From NCBI RefSeq assembly GCF_006345805.1, contig NC_043004.1:4836001-4900000 (forward strand): 64,000 nucleotides of DNA, read 5' to 3'. Position 1 is the stretch's first letter; each line of letters starts with the position of its first letter. The stretch comes from Octopus sinensis (lineage: Eukaryota). Made by a program: the position numbers and the translations under genes. Positions 35,841-47,621 of the stretch are shown here, in pieces. Under the pieces are notes generated by a model. The model saw only the letters and a list, made by a program, of their open reading frames with translations, was not told the DNA's origin and did no database searches.

Positions 35841-36649
35841 TACTAGGATCTGTTGTGCAGAATTCAGAATTTTTAGTAGCATGCCATTAATGGATTATGC
35901 ATTATGGTACCGGCTATTCATGAATGTGTATGAGAGAGAGAGAAAGAAAGAGAGAGTGTGTGTGCGTGTGTGCATATGTCAGTTATAATTGTACCCAGTG
36001 TACTTTAAATGTGTATTTAATCGAGGTACAATGAAATTAATGCAGCCAAGTTCAGTGAGGGTTGGTGTGTGGTGATACACTAAGAATAAAAGAGAATTGA
36101 GAAAACAGCTTTTTTTTTTTTTGTAGTGTGTGTGTAGATGGACAAAACCTAGTGGGTCTTACTCACTTGTCTGTCTCTTGCTTTTTATTAGGTAGGAGGG
36201 GCATATGTTGAAATGGTAATAACAAACATGAGAAGGAGGAAGGAGGAGAGATTGTATGTGTAAGGCCACATTTTTGCTGACTGCCATATTTTTTAACGGG
36301 GATTTCATTGTAAAACTTTGTGGTCGTAATGGAGACAATTCTGAATTCCTAATGATAAAAGCCTTGATCTTGAAGGAAACCCTGAACCCTTTCATCTACT
36401 ACCTGTGAACAATGTCTGCCTGTCAGTCTATCTGTCTCCCCACCCCCTTCATTAGCAGTATATATAATAATAACAATAATAATAACGCTCATTTTTTGAG
36501 AGTATCGTTGATCAGATATTCTGTGAATGAAAGCGGTTATATTCTCTGTATATTTATTATCGGTAATGCATTTTTCTCCTTTAATTACAAAACACAGCAT
36601 GACTGTATTTATACTCATGTCATTTGCAATATGAAGCACAAGCCCATAA

Positions 36650-36895
36650 AGCTGGCCCTATGTAGCTGCTCACTCTGCTAGAAATAGCAGCCAAGTTCCT
36701 TTCAGTTCACACCCACCTACCTGCAATCTTAAAAAGAGAAGAGAATGATGAATATTGGTAGTTGTTGCTTACTGTCTGCAAAAAAAGAGAAAAAAAAAAC
36801 AGAAAAGGAAAAAAAATGTAAAAGAAGGCTGGGACAATCATGGCTGCAACACTTTTGATTATCAGGGCTGACCCGGGGCTGAACAGCGACAACTA
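36650..36895 (+). mobile_element. Old repeat family F (representative copy)
   Basis: ctgctagaaatagcagccaa core and (AAC)n-like tail; core recurs at about 8.5, 9.7, 28.1, 35.0, 35.4, 35.6, 43.0, 48.3 and 49.7 kb. Confidence 0.65.
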
Positions 36896-36899
36896 CAGT

Positions 36900-37368
36900 T
36901 GTATGAATATTTTAGTTGCTATTATGATAATGTTATAGAATACCCGGTTTGGATACTCAGTATAATGTATAATGCTCAGAATACCTATTACTACCTGACA
37001 GCCTTTTGCCTAGCTTATAATAATGCTTAATAAAGTACACTATTGGTCTCGTACATTCTGTGTGTTTGCACAGTTTTACTACCCATATTTAAACCACTGG
37101 TGGCATGCGTGTGCATACACACACACACACACACACACTCATGCATACACACTGGTTAGTTTGGCTAGCAGAGTGGAAGTAGGCAAAAAAAAAAAAAAAG
37201 GGTGGGGTTGGGATGGGGGAGAAAAAGACGGTGGAAGGCCACAGCTACTGATATACAGGTGTTAGAAACAGTATTACACTGCAGCCATCCAGCCTTGTTT
37301 TAAGCAAAGAAGAAGGTGAAAGAAGTGCTGTTGCTAGCAGTAGCATCTTTTATGACTCTGCTATTATA

Positions 37369-37418
<50 letters not shown>

Positions 37419-38700
37419 ACCTGCTACTGTGCTATGGTAACGATCACCGGAGCTGAAGCAGCAATGACAACGATAGCAGCTGCAACAGCAGTAGTCAGTG
37501 ATGAGATGGAGGAGAAGGGAAGCGGCTGCAAAACCCCCCCCGAACACACACACACACACAGACATATGCACGCGCACACACACGAACACGCACACACACA
37601 CATCTAATCTTTAAATGTTTGTTGCTTTAATAGACTATCATATCTCTTTATGTGATGTGCAGGGGATTTTTGTTTCCTTTTTCGCTTCTCAGGATGAAGA
37701 CAGTGACACGGGGAGGGGGGGGAGGAGAAAGGTGCCGGGGAGAGAAAGAAAAAAAGAGAGACAGCAAAGACAAGAAAGGAGAGCAAGAGAGACTTCAGTC
37801 TTTTATATTCCTGTATTCTTTCCTTTGTGCTCCTTTCTCTTGCTATATCTCTCTATCACTCTCTCTCTCTCTCTCTCTCTCACTTTCTCTCTCTCTCTTT
37901 CTCACTTTCTCTTTCTCACTTTCTCTCTCTCTCTTTCTGTCTTTCTCTCTCTCTCTCTATTATCACTCTCTCTCTCTCTTTCTTGTTCTAGTGATCTCTA
38001 CATTCATCTCCCATCCTTTCCACACTATCTCTACTTCTTCTAATCTCTCTTTCTCTCTCTCTCTCTCTGTTTTATCTGCTATTCACCTTCCTTCATCTCC
38101 TTCTCGCTCTTATCTCTTATTCTCTCCTTGCTTTCCCTTTTCTTCTTATCTTCTACATTTTCCTTCTCTATCTTATTTCCCCACTCTCCTCGTCTCTCTT
38201 CTTTCACACTAATTTCAGCCTTATTTCTTTTCACAATGATAGCAGGCTGTTCCCCTCTTAATTCTATCTATCCCCACCACCTCTATTACGCACGTGCACA
38301 CACACACACACACACATGCACACACACACCTTAAAATTATGTATTGATCTCTTAGTGCTAAGTTGTTTAGCTAAAACTCCTATTTCTCTTGGTGCCTGCC
38401 TCCATCTCAAACAAACTAAGCTGCCACCTAGACCAGCTTCTGTCAGCTTCCTCACTTTTCAAACTCCAGGAAAGACCACTCTCTGCAAGGAACTGGTGTC
38501 CTGTGTACTTTAGCAGTGCATATTCTGCTTGAATTATTATAAATTTTCTGTTTTTTTTTTTTTTTTTTTCAATTCCTAAAAATATACTAATTTCATGCAT
38601 CACTTTCTTTTTTCCTTCCTTTTTTAATTTCTTTTCCTCTTCCTCATCACCATCATTGTCACCGTTGCCGATTTTTGTCCATCTCAGAAAGTATTGCATA
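36900..38700. promoter_or_regulatory. Possible promoter/5'-UTR-like island (TE-free; CA, GA and CT tracts)
   Basis: Compositional only; includes the X-box-like TGTGCTATGGTAAC at 37428-37441. Confidence 0.2.
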
Positions 38701-38969
38701 CATCATTGTGTGTTTCATGGATGAGCTTGTATCATGTTATTGCAAATATAGAAGCAAAATGATGGATGTCTAGCAGACCTACCCACCTATATAACTAAAT
38801 CCAGTTAGCATAATAAAAAATGGTTACATCATTATTTTCCTTTCATTTTTGTACATTTAGCTTCCCTTTTTTCTTATCCTTTATGTCTTTCTGCAATTAC
38901 TTGAAAACTGATCAACATGTCCCTTCGAAGCAAGCAGTAATGGTTGTAATAATAATGATAATATATATA

Positions 38970-39029
<60 letters not shown>

Positions 39030-39034
39030 AATAA

Positions 39035-39267
39035 GGTGAGCTGGCAGAAACGTTAACATGCCGGGTGAAATGCTTTGCGGAATTTCATCTGCTGTTACAT
39101 TCTGAGTTCAAATTCCGCCGAGGTCAGCTTTGCCTTTCATCCTTTCGGTGTCGATAAATTAAGTACCAGTTACGCACTGGGGTCGATGTAATCGACATAA
39201 TCCCTTTGTCTGTCCTTGTTTGTCCCCTCTATGTTTAGCCCCTTGTGGGCAATAAAGAAAAAAAAAA
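39035..39267 (+). mobile_element. Full-length SINE B1 next to (AT)n
   Basis: ggtgagctggcagaaacg...gagttcaaattcc...ccccttgtgggcaataaagaaa. Confidence 0.9.
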
Positions 39268-39569
39268 TTATATATATATAAAATAACATAGATGACATTT
39301 GTAATGTTCTGAAATTTCACAATGGGTTTATACAAAATTTATTATTTTCAATGAATTTATTGCACAAGTTCAGCACACAAGTAGAGGGGAAATTCACGGC
39401 CATTAAAATTTATAAATTCAAATCCTGGTTATGGCACACACACCCTTCCCTACAGGGCATGGACAGTTTACTTGACTAAAAAGCTCTGTCTTTGATGGTG
39501 AGCATAGGGGATAATTTCTCCTCCTCCTCAATAATAATAATTTCTTCTACAGGCACAAGGCTTACCACC

Positions 39570-39589
<20 letters not shown>

Positions 39590-39602
<13 letters not shown>

Positions 39603-39812
39603 TTTTCAAATTTTTGCCACAAAGGCAACAAGTTTGGGGGAGGGGATGACTCAATTATATTGACCCTAATGTTCAAGTGGTACTTATTTATCGACCCTGA
39701 AAGGATGAAAGGCAAAGTCGACCTTGGCAGAATTTGAACTCAACATAGTGATGGGTGAAATACAGCTATGCATTTCATCTGGCTTGCTAACAATTCTGCC
39801 AGCTTGCCATGT
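39590..39812 (-). mobile_element. SINE family B (B2 tail) flanked by (AAT)n
   Basis: Direct homology to the other B copies. Confidence 0.8.
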
Positions 39813-39829
39813 TCCTTAATAATAATGTT

Positions 39830-40445
39830 CATCATCATCATCATCATTGTTTAATGTCTGTTTTCCATGCTGGCATGGGTTGGATGGTTGACTGAGGTCT
39901 AGAAAGCCAGCGGCTGCACCAAACTCCAGTCTGATCTGGCAATGTTTCTACAGCTGGATGCCCTTCCTAAACGCCAACCACTCTGAAAGTAGTGGGTAAT
40001 TTTTACATGTCACTGGCACAGGAGCCAGTCTAGCAGCCCTGGCCATTGATCACGTTCAGATATGGCTTTTTACATGCCACCAGCACAGGCGCCAGTCAGA
40101 GTACACTGGCATCGACCATGTTTGGATGGTGCTTTTTCCATGTTACTGGCACAGGAGCCAGTCAGGGGGCACTGGCATCAACCACATTTGGATGGTGCAT
40201 TTTATGTGCCACCGGCATGGGAGTCAGTCACAGGGGCACAGGTCACAGCTACGATTTTGGTTTTACTTGACTCAACAGGTCTTCTCTAGCATATCATATC
40301 GCCTCATGCATCAAGGGTACTTTTAAATGGGCCAGACATGCAACACTGGTATCAGCCATGGCTGCGATCTCACTTTAGTTTTCAGATCTTCTCAATCACA
40401 GCATATCTCCAAAGGTCTCAGTCTCCTGTCATTGCCTCTGTGTGG
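39830..40445 (-). mobile_element. RTE LINE 3' end with four ~66-bp tandem repeats in the 3' UTR
   Basis: (ATG)n tail at 39830; repeats at about 40000-40260; homologous to 17660-18250. Confidence 0.85.
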
Positions 40446-40477
40446 CCCAAAATAATAATAATAATAATAATCTTTTC

Positions 40478-40677
40478 TACTATAGGCACAAGGCCTGAAA
40501 TTTTAGAGGAAGGGAATAGTTGATTACATTGACCCCAGTATTTCATTGGTACTTAATTTATCGATCCTGAAAGGATGAAAGGCAACCTCAGTGGAATTTG
40601 AACTCAGAACGTAATGTCAGGCAAAATACAGCTAAACATTTAGCCCAGCATGCTAATGAGTCTGCCAGCTTGCCACC

Positions 40678-40680
<3 letters not shown>
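40478..40680 (-). mobile_element. SINE family B (B2 tail) flanked by (AAT)n
   Basis: cttttctactataggcacaaggcc...gccagcttgccacc. Confidence 0.85.
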
Positions 40681-40732
<52 letters not shown>

Positions 40733-40769
40733 TGATGATGACGACGACGACCATCATCATCATCATCAT

Positions 40770-40814
<45 letters not shown>
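40680..40814. repeat. Compound trinucleotide array AAT-GAT-GAC-CAT-CAC-CAT
   Basis: Direct reading. Confidence 0.95.
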
Positions 40815-40818
<4 letters not shown>

Positions 40819-40819
40819 C

Positions 40820-41260
40820 CTGGCAGAATTGTTGGAGCACTGGAAAAATGCCTTGTAGGCATTTGTGCTAATACTGCTGAAGTCAACTTTGCTTTTTCAT
40901 CTTTTTGGGGTTGATAAAATAAAAGTACAAGTGATGTACTGGAGTCAATGTAATTAACTTTCCCCTCCTAAAATTTTCTAGCCTTGTACTTAAATCACAA
41001 ACCTCTATCACTATCTTTATTATTAAGTCATTGGAAGGCAGTGAGCTGGCAGAATCGTTAGCACACTGGGCAAAATGCTTAGCAACATTTAATCCATCTT
41101 GAAGTTCTGAGTTCAAATGCCACCTAGGTCAACTTTGCCTTTCGTCCTTTCAGGGTCAATGAAATAAGTACCAGTTTAGCACTGAGGTTGATGTTATCAG
41201 CTATTCCCTTCCCCAAAAATTCTGGTCTTTGTGCCTACAACAGAATGGATTATTAGGGCA
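40820..41260 (+). mobile_element. Two tandem SINE B (B2) copies
   Basis: Heads at about 40820 and 41035. Confidence 0.75.
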
Positions 41261-43544
41261 TTGGAATGTGCATAATCATCAAAGTGTGAGGGGGAAAAAA
41301 AAAATCTGTCTTGCATTTTTTTCCTTCTCTGAATCTTTTACATTTTGAATTCAAATTCCATTGTAACACAGCTATGCATCACATGAGGCTAAATGTGCAT
41401 CATATCACCATTCCTCTATAACAATATCAACTACTGTGTAAATACAAAGAACCAAAAGATATCACTAAAAATATTAAGCAAAACTAATGAGGGAACACTT
41501 AACATTTCTTCATAGGAATTTTATCAGGATTTATACTCAAGCTTACTGACAGTATCTCTGACAAGTTTGTTGTTTTAGATACCTTTGGTTAAGATAATGG
41601 TGGCGGTGGCAGCGGCATGGCAGTGATAATGATCATTACACTCATGATGGTGATAACTATGATGATGATGGTGGTGGTGGTGGTGGTGGTTGCATTGTTG
41701 ATTTTGCTGGAGGTGGTTGTGGCATCATCGGTAATTAAAGGCAAAATAATGGTGATTTGAACAACTATTAGGATGAAGTGGTTCTATTTCATTGATGTTT
41801 ACGGCAATATGATTTGAACAGCTGGTTCTGCTTCATATTCATGCAACATAATCTCTTAGCTGCTGTGTTGTAAAACTGAAGGGGACAATGGAACAGTTTC
41901 AAGAGTCCAGAATTATGATGCAACACTTTGCTAGGAAAATTAAAACCTGGTTTATGCAATTGAAGCAGTGTTAAATTAAAATAGCCATCCATGTAACATT
42001 GATAATGTATGTACATCATTGAGAGGCAGGTTACTGTGATAGTCATCCAGAGATAGCATCTCTTATAAATGTGCTGTTTTTAAAAAACACAATATATATA
42101 TATCAGAGGGAGATGAAAAATTCATCTTGGCAATGGCTTAGTAAGACCATCAGTTACATTTCGGCTACATTGGGTCTTATTATGTCTCAATGAAATTTGT
42201 CACCACTCATATAGGAAACAGTGAATTCACTATTATTGCAAATAGCTGCACGGTACATACTAGATTTTGATTCAGCTCTGTAATAGCACACCTATAAGAG
42301 ATGTTATTTCAGGTCACATACTGCAGTAACTTACCGGTCAATGATGTATATATGTATATTATGTTACTTAGATGGCTATTTAAAATACAAAAATTAAAAT
42401 TTGCATTTCAAGACTTGGAAATAATTTCAAATACTGTAACATGGTCTTCTGTATAGATAGACTTTGTGCAAAAAGCTGCAATCAGGTAAATAATCATTGG
42501 AGAAGTTGCCCCCCCCCCCCCCCCCATCCCCATCCCTAATATCTAACTATTTTTCTTGCATGTATATAGTTTCTGTTTTAGACAGAAAATTTGATATGTT
42601 CTGAAACAAAATAAATGCAGACACATTCTCAGCAGAGTCAGACTTAATTTTGAATATTATTCTATTGCCCATTCTTTAGCTCCTTTAGCTTATTTCATCT
42701 AGTAGTTTAATGGTTCATCTCAAATAAATGGTAACATCTTGAACTACCAAATTGGAGATGTAGTCTGTGGCTCATCTTTTTCTTTCTTTTTTTGTCCAAA
42801 AAATGTCTGTGCTTATAGTCTTTGTAGGTTTTTCTCTTTCCAGACTTATGAGTTGAAGGAGTGGATATTTAACTTTAACATCTGGTGATTTGTGCCTGTT
42901 TGAATTGCCTGGTCAGAGTTGAAGTCCCAGGAAGGACAGATTAGATACAATGTTGAGTATTAGATTTATGGTGTTAAAACACCATAAATCCAATACTTGT
43001 CAAATAGTGGACAGTTTGCTAGTCCAGAGCAAGATTTGGCTACTATTTTAAGCAGATTGAGTGACCACATGGAAGCTCTGTCGGTGGTTTTAAACATTTT
43101 GGTTGTTACCTAATGTGGTTCTATAAAGATTTTAAGAAATAAAACATAAAAAGAAACAGTTGCTGTGTCAGTCCTAACATTTGATCAGAATGGTGTTCTG
43201 ACTACCAACTGAACAAATATGCATAAGATACAGTTTTTGATAGTTTTGCTACATACTCTTTTACTGGTTACAGGCAATGAAGTGTGCATGCTGGAGCACT
43301 GGCTTTAAGTGTTTGGAATTGATTATATTGATGCCTGTACTTTGATACTTTCTTGATCAAATAAAGAAATATGAGACAAGCCAGATATCACACAATATTC
43401 TTGTTTAATGCATCACTTTTGCTATCTCTCTTCTCTCTCTGTCACACATGCAAACACACACACATGCATGCACATGCTATGAAATTGCACACATTTTCTC
43501 TTTCCAGACTTGTAAGGTTTTCCTCTTTCCAGACTTATGAGTTG

Positions 43545-44485
43545 TGAATGTGGTTAGAAGTTTGCTTCCCATCAACTTGGTTTCTATTTCAGTTTGCCTG
43601 CATAACACTTTGTGGAAGTGTCTTCTATTATAGTCCTGGTCAAAGCCTTGTGAGTGGATTTGGTTGATGGATACAGAAAGAAGTTAATCATACAGAGTGT
43701 CCCAAAAGTCACTGATGAGTTTCAATTTTTAATAACTTCCTTAACTTTACAAATAAATGCATGAAATTTTGATACAATATGAAGGACATAATGGAAATTA
43801 ATATGCACAAGTCAAATTTTGCAACACATCTACATCACATATGAAAAATGACATCACCAATGTCAACTGGCCTTTATGTTCCCCATACTTGACAAGCCCA
43901 GATTGTTTCTTGCAGGAATACCTGAAAAAGAGGATTTATGTCAACAAACTGGAGACCTTGGTGCAACCGAAGAACAGAGAAGTGGGTCTGAAATTCTTGA
44001 GGGTGTTATGGTACAAGTTTTGGAAAGAGCATGAGCATGCGAAGCTGAAAATGGCTGCCATTTAAGTGATGTCATTTTTCATATGTGATGTAGTGGTGTT
44101 GCAGAATTTGACTTGTGCATATTAATTTCCATTATGTCCTTTATCAAAATTTTATGCATTTATTTGTAAAGTTAAAGAAGTTATTAAAAGTTGAAACCTA
44201 TCAGTTACTTTTGGGACACCCTGTATATATATGTGTGTGTGTATCTCCTTGCTTTGATATTGCATGTGATAGTTGTAAGTGAGTATCACTGTCACGCAAG
44301 AAGTGTCCTTCATTTCCAATCTTCCATGAAGGCATGTCTATTTGTGGAGAAATATTACCTTGCTTGGGTACTTGAAAACAGGTGACTATTGGCGAGAAGA
44401 AATGTATCCAGCCGTAGAAAATCTACTTCGTTGAAATCCATCTACTCCATTCAAGCATGAAAAAAAGGGACATTAAGTATGAATG
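43545..44485 (+). mobile_element. SINE family A (A2 tail) interrupted by a mariner MITE
   Basis: Head 43545-43690; A2 body resumes at about 44226. Confidence 0.75.
43693..44223 (+). mobile_element. Tc1/mariner (maT/rosa-type) internally deleted element with ~160-bp inverted repeats
   Basis: TA TSDs at 43691 and 44224; IRs 43693-43857 and 44066-44223; interior encodes WPLCSPYLTSPDCFLQEYLKKRIY (compare WPPRSPDLTPLDFFLWGYLK..VY). Confidence 0.9.
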
Positions 44486-45099
44486 AGGGTGAAGGCTTTG
44501 GCCAATGTAAGGCTATTATTGAAACACTCTGATTCCACATGTGTGACATGGCAGGGGAAACTTTTTAACTATATTGCTATGCTCCCATATATACATTAAT
44601 CAGTCCTAAATAAGTAAAAGGCTAAATCTAAAATATTTGTAATATCTGAATGTGGAACTCTTAACCATTGAACCAGGTATTTTGAAGACCATTGCCCTCT
44701 TGTTCTACTATTAAAGCACCCTCTCCCTCTTAACCAATTTCAATTGCATGCCTTGTTGAATGTTAGAATGACATTTTAGGTTATTCAGTGTGATCATCCC
44801 ATTGCATGTTGAATATGTTGTCTTATGGATTATGCATTAGGTGATTAGAACTTGTTATCTCAGTCTTCCGAAACCGGGGATTTTGTTTCCCAAGGCTGAT
44901 TTGAATGTCCTATTAACCAAGATGTTATTTCTAACTTTTATGTAGACGCTCCCTGAATACCTCAAAGAATGCTGCTTCTGCTGCTGCTGGTGTGTGTGTG
45001 TGTGTTTAATTCATTGCTGACATCCATCCCTCTTGGATGCTCTGTTACTGAATTGATTCCTGGTAATCTTATCAAACAGAAGACCTCCTACAATTTCAC

Positions 45100-45378
45100 T
45101 CTGGAATCAGAGACGGAATATTGAGGATGCAAGTGAAAAGGCAAATGCACCTCCCTTCATTCTCCTCCCTGTCTTTATCTCTCATTGTATATTTATCATA
45201 TCTTTATCTCTCCTCTTATCTCTCTCTCTCTCTCCTTTTCTTTCTTCTTCTCTGTCTGCCTTTCTTCCTTTCTCCTTCTCTCTCTCTCCCCATCTCTCTT
45301 TTCCTTTCTTCAACTGAGTTTGATGAAAATGTTTTGTTAATGACTCATGGAAATCTTAACTTAAGTAAAGAAACAAAA

Positions 45379-45411
<33 letters not shown>

Positions 45412-46570
45412 AACACACGCACACACACACACACACAGAGGATAGGTGTGCTAACTGTATATAATGTGCATGTGTAACTGGGTACGTGGTGGTGAGCATG
45501 TTATCCAGAGAAGGGTTAAGCTGGGAAAGGTAGAGGAAAGTAGTGGTAAAAAAACACACAACTCCATAATCTTCTTTACCAATAAAGAGAGTAAGCAGCC
45601 CTTATTCTTGATTTACATAAGAAGGAGTGTTTATTTATATTTTTATATTTTGTTTATTTATTTATTTATTTATTTGGAAGTGGGGTGGTTTTGGAAGGAT
45701 TAGTTTCCTTCAAGTTTTAGGAAGGAAGTTTGTGCATGAGGGTGAAGTTTGACTCTATGGTTTTGGTTTATGGGGGTGACTTTATCTGCTATGATAATAA
45801 TGATGATGGTGGTGGTGATGGTGGTGATGGTGGTGGGTCGGTAGTAGGGATGGGGTTGTTGTTGATGTGCATAGTGATGTCGTATTAATAGTAGTATTGC
45901 GATTGGTAATTTGCAGGGGAATAGTATTGTTGGTGTGGGGAGTGTTGGTGGTGAGGGAGTAGTTTTTTGTTGTTGTTGTTGGTGTGATAACTGACATCTT
46001 AGGTAAGTAAAATAAGTATGAGAGAGGGAGTGGGAGCGGGCAGACAGACAAACAGACAAACAAACAGATAGGGGCTGGGTGAGGTTTAGATGAAGTTGGT
46101 GAAATATTTAGAGTAAATGGACTGGAGAGTTAGACAGGTAAAGAACGTTGCGGTGGTGAAGGGGGTAGATATAAGAAGAAATGGAGAGGGAAGGAGAGAG
46201 AGAGTGGCGGAAGAGAGTTGGTAGAAGAGGCTGTTTTGGATGATGGGATCTGCAAACAGGGGTGGGGAAAAAAAATACATGTCAGATAAACTGCCAACAC
46301 TGGAAAAAATTGTGGAGGAAAACCAAAAGAAATAGATAAGCTCACTATTGGAAAAACTGGGGTAGACAGGAAAGAGTTGGGTTAGTAAATAAATAGGAAG
46401 GAAGGAAGGAAGGAAGGAAGAGAGGAATGAAGTGGATGCAGTGAATATTACTGGGACTGTACTATTGTCGAAGTGTAAAGTGTAGTGAGAGAACAGTGAT
46501 GGGGTGGGAGCAGTATGGCTACTATAGCTTAAATATGATAGATTGTGTATTTTGATCAAGAGTTTTCTCA
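45100..46570. repeat. Low-complexity CT, CA, GGT and GA-rich region
   Basis: Direct reading; consensus donor AG/GTAAGT at 46001-46008. Confidence 0.7.
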
Positions 46571-47129
46571 AAATATCTTTTTTTTTTTTTTTTTTTTTTT
46601 ACTTGTTTCAGTCATTGGACTATGGCCATGTTGGAGCACTGCCTTGAAGGGTTTTAGTTGAACAAATTAATCCCAGAGAAAATATTATTTGTCAACATAA
46701 CATGGCAGTGCTGGTTTAGGATGAATGTTGCTGTAATTTAGCCCCAGGAGACATCATCTCCAGCTGGCTATATGACACGATCTGCATCCTTATATTTTCA
46801 AACAAGGGCATTTAGCACCCTCACTCAGCTCAAAACAATATCTGTGTATTGCATTTTTTGGGTTATTTCCCTTCCTCAGCACAGAATAACAGTTCGGCTA
46901 GAGGTGGTGCTGCCAAATTCATGTTCAAAATATATAGTTTTCAAAGTGACAACTAGTTACTAATCTATAAAATAGAAAATTACTCTCAACAAGAGATATT
47001 TCTCCTAAACCAGGACTGCCATGTTATGTTGGCAAATAATCTATACTCTAGAGTACTGTTGCTGAATATCCCTCGTTGAGAGATTTACAAATAGTAATTT
47101 TCCAAATTAATCCCAGTACTTCGTTTTCA

Positions 47130-47350
47130 CCCTTTAGCATGTAAGCCAGCCATATTTAGACCATTTCTTGTACCTGCTTTGTATTCAAACAGGTCAGATT
47201 TGGCCTCTCACAGCCACTCTACAATGTCGTTTTAAAATTAGATAGTCGCATCATTGAAATCTCAAAGCTATGAAATAATGCATAATTAATCCAAAACAAT
47301 GTGAATGAATAAGCATTACATTTGGCTGTAATCTAAATGCCAAAGGGTTG
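47130..47350 (+). mobile_element. piggyBac-type MITE family G
   Basis: ccctttagcat...aatgccaaagggttga. Confidence 0.75.
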
Positions 47351-47369
47351 AAGTCTGGTACTTATGCTA

Positions 47370-47621
47370 TTGGTTTCTCTTGCTAAACCACTAATTTATG
47401 GGGATGTAAACAAACCAACACTATTGTCAAGTAGTGATGGGGGTACAAACCTATACACAAAGACATATGAACACACATATGTGATGGGCTTCCACACAGT
47501 TTCTGTCTGTTGAATTTCCTCATAAGACATTAGTTGGGGTTATAGTAAAAGACACTTTCCCAAAGTGCTGTGCTGTGGGATTGAACCCAAAACCATGTGG
47601 TTGCAAAGTCATGCCTGCACC
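47370..47621 (-). mobile_element. SINE family A, partial
   Basis: Reverse complement of the A head. Confidence 0.65.

Noticed and set aside
37692-37860. Coding exon DEDSDTGRGG... after a strong acceptor
   Set aside because: Low-complexity GA/CT translation with no donor site.
40000-40260. CRISPR-like array
   Set aside because: These are degenerate tandem units without unique spacers, inside a eukaryotic RTE 3' UTR.
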